From an uncultured Acidimicrobiales bacterium (GTDB lineage Bacteria > Actinomycetota > Acidimicrobiia > Acidimicrobiales > RAAP-2): a stretch of DNA of 64,000 nucleotides. Made by a program: the position numbers and the translations under genes. Positions 54,544 to 64,000 of the stretch are shown here, piece after piece (within the stretch, counting starts at the first letter, position 1; every line of letters starts with the position of its first letter). The DNA lies in the NCBI GenBank assembly GCA_963713625.1, contig CAVQMN010000009.1, forward strand, positions 84,093-148,092, written 5' to 3'. The notes beneath the pieces were generated by a model that was given only the letters and a program-made list of their open reading frames with translations, was not told the origin of the DNA and did no database searches.

Positions 54544-55935
54544 TCATTGACGCCGGATCCGGGTGCCCTCGGCGCTGTCCTCGACCACCCACCCCAGCTC
54601 CTCGAGCTCGGTGCGAAGAGCGTCGGCCCGGGCGAAGTCACGTTGGGCGCGGGCTTCGTCACGGAACCGGACCAGCTCGGCCGCAGCCGGGTCGACCTCC
54701 TGGTCGATGCCGGGCCGCAGGGCCAGGCCCAGTGCCGCGCACAGCAGGGCGGCGGTGACCGCCGACTCCCGGGCGCCCGTCCCGTCGCCGGCATCGGCCG
54801 CGGCGTTGGCCCGGCGCACGAGGTCGAACACCCCGGCCAGCGCTCCGGGGGTGTCGAGGTCGTCATCCATGGACCGTCGGAACCGTGCCACGGCGTCGGC
54901 GTCCAGCCCATCGACGGGCCCGGGGTCGACCACCGGTCCGTGGGCCAGGGGGTCGTCCAGCTCGAAGCGCCGGGCCAGCTCGTCCAGCCTGGCCAACCCG
55001 GACTCGGCATCGGCCACCGTGTCCGGGGTCACCTCGATGGGCGACCGATAGTGGGACCGGAGCACGAGCAGGCGGTAGGCGCGGGCATCGCTCCGGTCCA
55101 AGAGATCGGACAGTGAGGTGAAGTTGCCCAACGACTTGGACATCTTCTCCCCGTCCATGGTGACCCAACCGTTGTGCACCCAGTGCCGGGCGAACTCCCG
55201 ACCCTCGGCCACGGCCTGGGCCCGTTCGTTCTCGTGATGCGGAAAGATCAGGTCGATGGCCCCGCCGTGGAGGTCGAACCCGTCGCCCAGCAGGTCGAGG
55301 GACATCACCACGCACTCGGTGTGCCACCCGGGCCGGCCCCGTCCGAAGGGGGACGGCCAGGTGGGCTCGCCGGGCTTGGCCTTCTTCCACAACACGAAGT
55401 CGAGAGGCGATCGCTTCTGCTCGTCGGCCTCGACCCGCGCCCCCGACCGCAAGGAGTCGAGCGACTGGTGGGCCAACAGCCCGTACCCGGGGACGTCCAT
55501 CACCGAGAGATAGACGCCGTCAGCGGTCTCATAGGCCACGCCCCGTGCCACCAGGTCGGAGACGAGCTCGACCATCCGGTCCACGTAGGCGGTGGCGTGG
55601 GGGGTCTGGTCGGGACGGAGGACCCCCAGTGCGTCCATGGCCTCCCACCACACCGCCTCGTAGGTGGCGGTGAGCTCCGACTCGGGGATGCCCCGGGCGG
55701 CGGCGCGTTCGATGATCTTGTCTTCGATGTCGGTGATGTTGGAGACGTAGGTCACATCCAGACCCGTGAAGAGCAGGTAGCGGCGCAGGACGTCGAAGAC
55801 CAAGGAGAACCGGCCGTGCCCGAGATGGGGCGCGTCATACACGGTGGGTCCACAGACGTACATCGAGACCGAACCGGGCTGGCGGAGCCTGAGTGGTGAC
55901 ACCTGGCCGGTGGCGGTGTCGTGGAGCTGGAGCAC
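54544..55935 (-). CDS. cysS: Cysteine--tRNA ligase
   Basis: GTG at 55935: (M)LQLHDTATGQV...MYVCGPTVYDAPHLGHGR (HIGH), GWHTEC, KMSKSLGN. 463 aa. The rest of the 1081-aa ORF is antisense to valS. Confidence 0.95.
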   Translation of the reverse strand: MLQLHDTATGQVSPLRLRQPGSVSMYVCGPTVYDAPHLGHGRFSLVFDVLRRYLLFTGLDVTYVSNITDIEDKIIERAAARGIPESELTATYEAVWWEAMDALGVLRPDQTPHATAYVDRMVELVSDLVARGVAYETADGVYLSVMDVPGYGLLAHQSLDSLRSGARVEADEQKRSPLDFVLWKKAKPGEPTWPSPFGRGRPGWHTECVVMSLDLLGDGFDLHGGAIDLIFPHHENERAQAVAEGREFARHWVHNGWVTMDGEKMSKSLGNFTSLSDLLDRSDARAYRLLVLRSHYRSPIEVTPDTVADAESGLARLDELARRFELDDPLAHGPVVDPGPVDGLDADAVARFRRSMDDDLDTPGALAGVFDLVRRANAAADAGDGTGARESAVTAALLCAALGLALRPGIDQEVDPAAAELVRFRDEARAQRDFARADALRTELEELGWVVEDSAEGTRIRRQ

Positions 55936-55941
55936 GCAGGG

Positions 55942-55948
55942 TACGGTA
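55942..55948. promoter_or_regulatory. Overlapping -10-like hexamers for divergent cysS (TACCGT, minus) and valS (TACGGT, plus)
   Basis: TACGGTA sits in the 21-bp gap between the two start codons. It is 7 nt from the cysS GTG and 9 nt from the valS ATG (TANNNT pattern). Confidence 0.35.
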
Positions 55949-55956
55949 ACCCGATC

Positions 55957-58584
55957 ATGGCCAGCGACGCGAACCCAACGACCGGCCCGACCACCGGTCC
56001 GTCGGGAATCCCCGAGAAGCCCGGGCTGGAAGGCCTCGAAGCCACCTGGGCGGCCCGGTGGGAGGAGCGGGGGACCTACGCCTTCGACCGGACGGCCACA
56101 CGAGCCGAGGTCTTCTCCATCGACACCCCGCCGCCCACCGTTTCCGGCTCGCTCCACATCGGCCACATCTTCTCGTACACCCACACCGACACCGTGGCCC
56201 GCTTCCAGCGGATGCGGGGACGCGCCGTGTTCTACCCCATGGGCTGGGACGACAACGGGCTGCCGACCGAGCGCAGGGTGCAGAACTACTTCGGGGTCCG
56301 CTGCGACCCCAGTCTTCCCTTCGACCCCGAATTCGAGCCACCGGCCCAGCCGGCCAAAGAGCCCATCTCCATTTCGCGCCCCAACTTCGTGGCTCTGTGC
56401 CACCGCCTCACCGCCGAGGACGAGCTGGTCTTCGAGCATCTGTGGCGGTCGCTCGGCCTGTCGGTGGACTGGTCGCACACCTATGCCACCATCTCCGAGC
56501 AGGCCCAGCGGGTCTCCCAACGCGGCTTCCTCCGTCTGGCCGGGCGGGGCGAGGTCGCCCAGCGCACCGCCCCCACCCTCTGGGACATCGACTTCCGGAC
56601 CGCGGTGGCCCAGGCCGAGCTCGAGGACCGGGAGGTCCCGGGCGCCTACCACCGCCTTCGGTTCGCCCGGGTCGGGAGCGAGGGGGGCGTCGACATCGAG
56701 ACCACCCGGCCCGAGCTGCTCCCCGCCTGTGTGGCCCTGGTGGCCCATCCCGACGACGACCGCTACCGGGCCCTGTTCGGCACCGAGGTCGTCACTCCCC
56801 TCTTCGGTGTCCGGGTCCCGGTCGTGGGCCACGAGCTCGCCGATCCCGACAAGGGGTCGGGCATCGCCATGATCTGCACCTTCGGCGACACCACGGACGT
56901 GACGTGGTGGCGTGAGCTCTCCCTCCCCACCCGGACCATCGTCGGACGAGACGGACGGCTGCTCCCGGTCGGGTGGGGCACCGACGGATGGGAGTCCGGT
57001 GACCCCGGAGCGGCCAGCGCCGCCTATGGTGAGCTGGCCGGCCGGACCGTCAAGCAGGCCCAGGCCCGCATCGTCGAGCTGCTGCACGAAGCCGGCGCCC
57101 TCATCGGGGAGCCGAGCCCCATCACCCACCCGGTCAAGTTCTACGAGAAGGGCGACCGACCCCTCGAGATCGTCTCGTCCCGGCAGTGGTTCGTCCGGAC
57201 CCTCCCGCTGCGCGACCGCCTCCTGGCCCGGGGAGACGAGCTCCGCTGGCACCCGCCGTACATGGCCCACCGCTACCGCTCGTGGGTGGAGGGGCTGAAC
57301 GGTGACTGGAACATCAGCCGGCAGCGCTTCTTCGGGGTGCCCTTCCCGGTCTGGTACCCGGTGGACGAGGCCGGGGAGGCCGTGTTCGACCACCCGATCT
57401 TCGCCGACGAGGACCGGCTCCCGGTCGACCCCTCCACCGACCGGCCCGACGGCTACGGCGAGGACCGGCGCGGGCAACCGGGAGGGTTCATCGGCGACCC
57501 GGACGTGATGGACACCTGGGCCACCTCCTCGCTGACCCCCCAGATCGCCGGCGGGTGGGAGGACGACCCCGACCTGTTCGGGCGGGTCTTCCCCATGGAC
57601 CTCCGACCCCAGGCCCACGAGATCATCCGCACCTGGCTGTTCGCCACCATCGTCCGCTCCGAGCTCGAACACGCGGCGCTGCCGTGGTCGGACGCGGCCA
57701 TCTCCGGGTGGGTGCTCGACCCCGACCGCAAGAAGATCTCCAAGTCGAAGGGGAACGTGGTCACCCCGCTCCCCCTGCTCGAGAAGCACGGGGCCGATGC
57801 CCTCCGGTACTGGGCGGCCGGGGGCCGGCCGGGCACCGACACCGCCGTCGACGAGGGCCAGATGAAGGTGGGTCGGCGCCTGGCCATCAAAGTGCTCAAC
57901 GCCTCACGCTTCGCCCTGGGCCGTATCGCCGACGACGACGGAACGGTCACCGCCCCGCCGGTCGAGTCGGTGACCGCCCCCATCGACCGCGCCCTGCTGG
58001 CCCGACTGGCCTCGGTGGTGGAGGAGGCCACCACGGCGTTCGAGGGGTACGACTACGCCCGGGCCCTCGAGCGAACCGAGGCGTTCTTCTGGTTCTTCTG
58101 CGACGACTACCTCGAGCTGGTGAAGACCCGGGCCTACGGTCAGGCCGGAGCACCGGGCGACGCCGGGACGGTGTCGGCCCGGGCGGCACTGGCCACCGCC
58201 CTCTCCGTGCTGCTGCGGCTGCTGGCGCCGATTCTGCCCTTCGTGACCGAGGAGGTGTGGTCGTGGTGGCAGGTGGGTTCCATCCACACGTCGCCCTGGC
58301 CGACCGTCTCCGAACTGGGTGCCGCGGCCGACCGGGAGGGCGACCCCGACCCGGTCCTCGACATCACCGCCGCCGCGTTGGGCCGGATCCGTCAGGCCAA
58401 ATCGACGGCCAAGCGGTCGATGCGGTCGCCGGTGGACACGCTGACCGTCGCCGACACGGCGGCGCGCATCGCCGCGCTGCTCTCCGCCGAGGGCGACCTG
58501 CGGGACGCCGGTGGGGTGGACAGGCTGGTCACGGCCGAGGCCGACGAACCGGACGTGATCGTGGAGCTGCCCGCCGAGGAGTGA
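55957..58584 (+). CDS. valS: Valine--tRNA ligase (actinobacterial type)
   Basis: MASDANPTT...PPPTVSGSLHIGHIFSYTHTD (HIGH), KISKSKGN (KMSKS). 875 aa from ATG 55957; an alternative GTG at 55921 would overlap cysS. Confidence 0.9.
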   Translation: MASDANPTTGPTTGPSGIPEKPGLEGLEATWAARWEERGTYAFDRTATRAEVFSIDTPPPTVSGSLHIGHIFSYTHTDTVARFQRMRGRAVFYPMGWDDNGLPTERRVQNYFGVRCDPSLPFDPEFEPPAQPAKEPISISRPNFVALCHRLTAEDELVFEHLWRSLGLSVDWSHTYATISEQAQRVSQRGFLRLAGRGEVAQRTAPTLWDIDFRTAVAQAELEDREVPGAYHRLRFARVGSEGGVDIETTRPELLPACVALVAHPDDDRYRALFGTEVVTPLFGVRVPVVGHELADPDKGSGIAMICTFGDTTDVTWWRELSLPTRTIVGRDGRLLPVGWGTDGWESGDPGAASAAYGELAGRTVKQAQARIVELLHEAGALIGEPSPITHPVKFYEKGDRPLEIVSSRQWFVRTLPLRDRLLARGDELRWHPPYMAHRYRSWVEGLNGDWNISRQRFFGVPFPVWYPVDEAGEAVFDHPIFADEDRLPVDPSTDRPDGYGEDRRGQPGGFIGDPDVMDTWATSSLTPQIAGGWEDDPDLFGRVFPMDLRPQAHEIIRTWLFATIVRSELEHAALPWSDAAISGWVLDPDRKKISKSKGNVVTPLPLLEKHGADALRYWAAGGRPGTDTAVDEGQMKVGRRLAIKVLNASRFALGRIADDDGTVTAPPVESVTAPIDRALLARLASVVEEATTAFEGYDYARALERTEAFFWFFCDDYLELVKTRAYGQAGAPGDAGTVSARAALATALSVLLRLLAPILPFVTEEVWSWWQVGSIHTSPWPTVSELGAAADREGDPDPVLDITAAALGRIRQAKSTAKRSMRSPVDTLTVADTAARIAALLSAEGDLRDAGGVDRLVTAEADEPDVIVELPAEE

Positions 58585-58620
58585 GCATGGGTGACCTCCG
58601 GAACCGGGAAGGTCCCGAGG

Positions 58621-59357
<737 letters not shown>

Positions 59358-59361
<4 letters not shown>

Positions 59362-60293
59362 GCGCGGCCACCGGTCGAGGGATCGGAACCCGGCGCCGGG
59401 TCGGGCGCAGGGGTGGCTGCCTGCGTCGGTCCGGAGGGTGGCGTGGGGGCGGGCGCGACCTCACCCAGATAGGCGGCCTGGACCATCGGGTCGTTCCGGA
59501 TCTCGTCCGGCGTGCCCGAGGCGATGATGTCCCCGAAGTCGAGCACGTAGATGTGGTCGCAGATCCTCATGACCAGCTCCATGTCGTGCTCCACCAGCAA
59601 CACCGCCATCCCACCCGCGGCCAGCTTGGTCAACAGGTTCCCGAGCGCCACCGACTCGATCTCGTCGAGGCCCGAACCGGGCTCGTCGAGGAGGAGGATC
59701 TTCGGGCCGATGGCCAGGGCCCGGGCCAACTCGACCAACCGGGCCGGCCCGGTGGGCATGGTCGCCGACTGCTGTCCGCCCACGCCGAGCAGGCCCACGC
59801 CCTCGAGGAGGCGATCGCAGATGTCCGAGCCGGTGGCTCCCGGGTCCGACGTCAAGGTATCGACCGCGGTGCCGGCCTCGACCGGGGCCTTCTTGCCGGT
59901 GAACTTCCGGCGGAGGGAGCGCACGTCCCACCATTTGGCCCGCGATTCCAGCCCGATCTGGACGTTCTCCGTCGCCGTCATCGAGCCGAACAGCTCTAGG
60001 CGTTGAAAGGTCCGGGCCAGCCCGAGCCGGGCCCGGCGGTGGGGCTTCATGGCCGTCACGTCGGTGTCGAACAGGTGGACGGCCCCCCGACCCGGCGTCT
60101 GCAACCCGCTGATGACGTTGAACAAGGTGGTCTTGCCGGCACCATTGGGCCCGATCAGCCCGGTGACCATCCCGGGCTGCACGGTGAGGCTGACGTCGCT
60201 GAGAGCAGCGACACCGCCGAAGCGGACGGCCACGTCCGTCACGGTCAGGACCGCGTCGCCGGCCGGGGCGTCAACCGGCGGCACTGGTCTCAC
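59358..60293 (-). CDS. livG: Branched-chain amino acid ABC transporter ATP-binding protein (LivG-like)
   Basis: GPNGAGKTTLFNVISG, RTFQRLELF, LLLDEPGSGLD. The start (GTG 60293 or 60284) overlaps the permease 3' end. Carries an internal insert and a Pro-rich tail. Confidence 0.85.
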
Positions 60294-62208
60294 CTCGCAG
60301 TACGGCGGCTCCGCCCAGCGGAACCGACGCACCCTCGGCTCCGCTCGTTGACCGCTTGGCCCAGGGGAGATGGCCCTGGATGGCCTCGATCCCGAGGATG
60401 CCACCGGCGGCCCGACCGATCAGGATGATGCCGATGCCGGCGAAGAGGCCGAATCCGTTGGGCCAGAGCTGATCGAGCACCACATAGGTCAGCGCGGCGA
60501 GGAAGGCCCCGGACACGGTGCGGATGCTCCAGATGGTCACGAAGAGCACGAAGATGATGCCGGAGAAGAAGTCGAAGTCGGACGTCCCCACCACCTGCTG
60601 CACCGTTCCGTAGAGGGCGCCGGCCAGCCCGGCCATGCCGGCGGCGATGGCGAAGACGGCGACCTTGGTGAAACCGATGTTGAGGCCCACGGTGGCGTAG
60701 GCCGCCGGCGAGTCGTTGAGGGCCAGTAGCCGCCGGCCGAACAGGCTCCGCCGGATGGCCAGGACCATCCACGCGGCCAGGATGAAGAACACGGTGACCA
60801 TGAGGAACTCGGAGGCGTCGCCGCCGAAGGACAGCCCGGGCAGGACGATGCGCCCGATACTGAGCCCCCCGGAACCGTAGATGTGGGTATCGAGGAAGAA
60901 CCCGTTGGCCACGGCGTCGGCGAAGGCGAAGGTGGCCAGGGCCAGGTACAGGTCGCGGAGCCTGATGGTGGGAAGGGCGATCAGGGCCCCGACGACGGCG
61001 CAGATGATGGTGGCGGCGATCAGGCCCAGCAACGAACCGCCGCCGGCGACCTTGCCCATGACAAAGGCCCCGATGCCCATGAAGGAGAACTGGCAGAGGG
61101 AGATCTGACCGGAGTACCCGGTGAGCAGGACCAGCGAGAGTCCCACGATGCCGAGAGTCATGACCACACCGCCCAGGGTGAGCACGGTGGTGCCCTGGAA
61201 CGGCGTGTTGTCGAAGACGCCGGCGAGGATGGCGGCCACGACGAAGAAGACCACGCCGGCGATGAGGGCTTCCTTGCGCCCGGCCACCCGGGGCGCCCGC
61301 ATGGTGTTCAGACGCCCGACCGCCCGGAGCCGGACCGACGGCAGGGTGACCAGGGCGATGAAGAGGAACACCATGGGCAGGGCCAGCGTCACGTCGGGCA
61401 CCAGGCTCTGGGGGAGATGGGGCAGGAGGTAGCTCACGATGTAGTTCTCGGCCAGCCCGATGGCGATGGCGGCGGCGAAGGTCACGGGGATGTTCTTCAG
61501 GCGACCGACGATGGCCGCGGCGTACCCGTTGACCACCAGCAGCGTCATGGCCTCGATGCTCAGGCCGGTCGTCTGGGTGGGAGCCAGCAGCACCCCGGCC
61601 AGGGCGGCCATGACGAACCCGAGGATCCAGCCGTACTGGCTCATCCGGTTCGGGGAGACCCCGGACATGGCCAGCAGGTCGGGATCGTCGACCACGGCGC
61701 GCAGAGCCACGCCCGTCCTGGTCGAATAGAAGAGCAGGCGGAGGCCGATGGCCACCACCGCGGCCACCCCGATGATCAGTACCTCCTGGTACTGGATGTT
61801 GATCCCGACCAGGCGGAACTGACCGTTGACCATGTTGCCCACTTCGCGCTGGGTGGTCGGGCTCCACACCACGGTGGCCAGTCCGGTCAGGATGACCATC
61901 AACCCCAAGGTGACCATCACCGGGCGTTCGGCCGAGGCCCCGTGGAGCCTGCGCATGAGCACCCGTTCCACCAGCGCCCCGGCGATGGAGGCGCCGACGA
62001 TGAGGATGATCACCAGCGCCACCAGAATCGGCACGTGGTGTTCGGAGACGAGGACCCAGTAGCTGAAGGCGGCGATCATGCCCACCGCGCCCTGGGCGAA
62101 GTTGAACACACCCGACGTCGTGTAGGTGACCACCAGGCCGGTGGCGGCGATGGCGTACCCGGCGCCGAACATCACGCCGAACACGGTGAACTGGAGGAAG
62201 TTGCTCAC
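60271..62208 (-). CDS. Fused LivH-LivM type branched-chain amino acid ABC permease
   Basis: 645 aa. The N-terminal half resembles LivH (FLQFTVFGVMFGAGYAIAATGLVVTY) and the C-terminal half resembles LivM (LLTGYSGQISLCQFSFMGIGAF), in a single uninterrupted frame. Confidence 0.85.
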   Translation of the reverse strand: MSNFLQFTVFGVMFGAGYAIAATGLVVTYTTSGVFNFAQGAVGMIAAFSYWVLVSEHHVPILVALVIILIVGASIAGALVERVLMRRLHGASAERPVMVTLGLMVILTGLATVVWSPTTQREVGNMVNGQFRLVGINIQYQEVLIIGVAAVVAIGLRLLFYSTRTGVALRAVVDDPDLLAMSGVSPNRMSQYGWILGFVMAALAGVLLAPTQTTGLSIEAMTLLVVNGYAAAIVGRLKNIPVTFAAAIAIGLAENYIVSYLLPHLPQSLVPDVTLALPMVFLFIALVTLPSVRLRAVGRLNTMRAPRVAGRKEALIAGVVFFVVAAILAGVFDNTPFQGTTVLTLGGVVMTLGIVGLSLVLLTGYSGQISLCQFSFMGIGAFVMGKVAGGGSLLGLIAATIICAVVGALIALPTIRLRDLYLALATFAFADAVANGFFLDTHIYGSGGLSIGRIVLPGLSFGGDASEFLMVTVFFILAAWMVLAIRRSLFGRRLLALNDSPAAYATVGLNIGFTKVAVFAIAAGMAGLAGALYGTVQQVVGTSDFDFFSGIIFVLFVTIWSIRTVSGAFLAALTYVVLDQLWPNGFGLFAGIGIILIGRAAGGILGIEAIQGHLPWAKRSTSGAEGASVPLGGAAVLRGETSAAG

Positions 62209-62267
62209 CGTTCCAACCCTGTCACCCGGTCGACCACCCCTGTTGCCTCCGATGCACTCTGATCAAC

Positions 62268-63596
62268 TCAGGAATTGGGCGGCTTCACGTACTCGTAGTC
62301 GCAACGGTAGCCATGGGTGCTGGAGTTGATGGGCGGATCGTCGTGCCGCGTCCACTGGCCGTTGGTCACCAAACCGATGAGGTAGCAGTTCGACGTGGTG
62401 CGGTTGACCGGGTCGCTGGTGGTGACGATGTTGCCCCCGTTGAACGAGGTGATCTTACCCAGGGCCTTCAGGATCGAACCCCGGCTGGGATCGGTCCCGG
62501 CGTTTTTGAGGGCCTGGGTGAACAGCTCGGCCGAGAGCCAGCCGTACAGGGTGAACAGATCGGTCCTCCATCCGGGGGAGACCACGTTGACCCAGTGGAG
62601 GAAGGTGGCCACCGCCGGGATGTCAGCCTGGTCCTCACCCAGGTAGAGCGAGGCGTTCTGGTCGAGATAGGACCCGTTGACGGCAGCCGGTCCACCGGAT
62701 GCGGCGATGAGCGCGTGCGAGTAGGTGGCGGCGCCGAGGACCACCTTCGGGTGGAAGTTCTGCTGGACCAGGTCCTTCAGGAAGGCCGAGGCGTAGGACT
62801 CCGGCATCTGGTCGAGGAACACCACCTTGACCCCGGCGTTCTTCATGGCGATCACGTTCTGGGTGAAGTCGGTCTGGGTGTCGGCGTACTGGGCGTCATA
62901 GATGATGGTGTAGCCCGCCTGTTCCATGGCGTACTTCTCGCCGGCCCAGTCGGCCAGGGTCGAGGGAAGATCGGCGATGACCGTGCCCACCTTCTGCACG
63001 GCGGCGTGGCCGAACGTCTCCCCGAAGTACTTCAGCACCCCGAGCTCCCAGCCGCCCTCGAGGGGGACGGCGCTGAACGTGTTGGGCAGGGCGTTGGTGG
63101 CCGAGTCCAACACCTGGGTGACGTTGGGAACCCCCGGATTCTGGGCCAGGACCTGGCCGCCGAAGCTGTCGAAGGTGGAGAAGCCACCCACCAGGGCGGC
63201 GTCGGTGTTGACGGCGTTCTGGGTGGCGGTCTTGTTGCCCGTCCCCGAGTAGCCGTCGTCAGCCGAGTTGACCACGATCTTGCGCCCGTTGACCCCACCC
63301 GTCGAGTTCACGTAGGCGGCGTAGGCCTGGGTCCCGACCAGGGCCCCTTTGAACAGACCGCCGATGGCCAGGGTGGACACGTTGCCCACGTCCACCGAGG
63401 TGGCGGTGATACCGGTGTGGTCACTGAAGGCGCTGGCCGGAATGGTCCTGCCCCCGGATCCGGTGCTGCCACCCGACGACGACGTCGTCGTCGTCGTCGA
63501 TGTCGAGTTGGTGGAGCTGCAGGCCACTGCGCCGGTGGCCACCGCCAGGACCATCGCCAGCGCGGCCATGCGCGTCTTCCACGATGCAGAACCCAA
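62268..63596 (-). CDS. ABC transporter substrate-binding lipoprotein (LivJ/K type I periplasmic binding fold)
   Basis: 442 aa: signal peptide with lipobox LAVATGAVAC-S, a Ser/Thr/Gly linker, then a type I PBP body. Confidence 0.85.
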   Translation of the reverse strand: MGSASWKTRMAALAMVLAVATGAVACSSTNSTSTTTTTSSSGGSTGSGGRTIPASAFSDHTGITATSVDVGNVSTLAIGGLFKGALVGTQAYAAYVNSTGGVNGRKIVVNSADDGYSGTGNKTATQNAVNTDAALVGGFSTFDSFGGQVLAQNPGVPNVTQVLDSATNALPNTFSAVPLEGGWELGVLKYFGETFGHAAVQKVGTVIADLPSTLADWAGEKYAMEQAGYTIIYDAQYADTQTDFTQNVIAMKNAGVKVVFLDQMPESYASAFLKDLVQQNFHPKVVLGAATYSHALIAASGGPAAVNGSYLDQNASLYLGEDQADIPAVATFLHWVNVVSPGWRTDLFTLYGWLSAELFTQALKNAGTDPSRGSILKALGKITSFNGGNIVTTSDPVNRTTSNCYLIGLVTNGQWTRHDDPPINSSTHGYRCDYEYVKPPNS

Positions 63597-63728
63597 GGCT
63601 CCCCCTTGTTCTCGGTAGTGGCCAGGTTGCCCGGAAACGCAGGTCCGGGGTCAACATGACGGAAATATGAATATGTGACTCTACGTCAGAAACTCGTCTG
63701 TGTGTCTAGCACCTTCAGTCGAGAGGAG

Positions 63729-64000
63729 TCACAAATCCGATGCCTCCACCGGGGTCGCCACCCGGTGACCGGCCCGGGACCGCATCGCCTCCAGGAACCG
63801 GACCGCGCCCATGGTGGTGTGCCGGCACCGGATCGAGGCCAGTACATCGAAAGCGTGCTGGGCCCGGGGCAGCTCGACAGAGGCCACCGGTGCCTGCGAC
63901 ACCCGCCGGAGCTCGGCCACGAAGTGGCGGGCCACGGCCAGCGGGACCAGGGTGTCGTTGACCCCGTGCACCACCATCATGGGCGGCGCCGACGGTGTGA
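63729..64000 (-). CDS. Alpha/beta hydrolase (esterase/peptidase S9-like), C-terminal fragment; 5' end off the right edge
   Basis: MMVVHGVNDTLVPLAVARHF...LPRAQHAF (catalytic Asp/His region). The frame stays open to the window end. Confidence 0.6.
   Translation of the reverse strand, partial: TPSAPPMMVVHGVNDTLVPLAVARHFVAELRRVSQAPVASVELPRAQHAFDVLASIRCRHTTMGAVRFLEAMRSRAGHRVATPVEASDL

Noticed and set aside
55936-57789. N-terminal roughly 620 aa of the 1081-aa minus-strand ORF 54544..57789.
   Set aside because: It is antisense to valS and low-complexity. The cysS similarity begins only at the GTG at 55935.

Overview
High-GC (roughly 68-70% by eye) actinobacterial chromosomal segment. The taxon call rests on WhiB, a PdtaS-type kinase, an MMPL transporter, SigK/RskA, the DUF3090 triad and a DUF222-HNH protein. 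The window is densely coding: I call about 61 protein genes, most of them core or housekeeping. They include thiC, bcp, nei, etfBA, cysS, valS, csp, gmd, a liv-type ABC transporter, an acyl-CoA dehydrogenase and an Mrp/NifS Fe-S module. I recognised no rRNA, tRNA, CRISPR array, transposase, prophage or defence island. Many long ORFs in the supplied track are GC-driven antisense artefacts, and several real genes needed their starts trimmed. Those trims were done by eye, so starts carry an uncertainty of a few codons.

Most notable content:
1. A complete, tightly packed System I cytochrome c maturation operon, ccdA-ccmABCDEFGH. It includes a 50-aa ccmD that is absent from the ORF track. To my knowledge System I is atypical for Actinobacteria.
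2. The conserved but functionally unassigned actinobacterial three-gene cassette: MSMEG_4193-type phosphomutase, DUF3090 and an SCO1664 PI-kinase-like protein. The three genes are translationally coupled.
3. A whiB1-like gene next to pdtaS, with a perfect TGTGA-N6-TCACA CRP box upstream.
4. sigK-rskA with a CCATCC-N16-CCGAAT element placed for a leaderless sigK transcript.
5. A recurring pattern of short tandem repeats (periods 10-24 bp) at gene ends. In several cases the gene's own stop codon lies in the first repeat unit, which re-creates stops in all three frames.

I did not find an unambiguous novel multi-gene system. The candidates above are flagged with honest uncertainty, and all family assignments come from motif recognition, not database searches.
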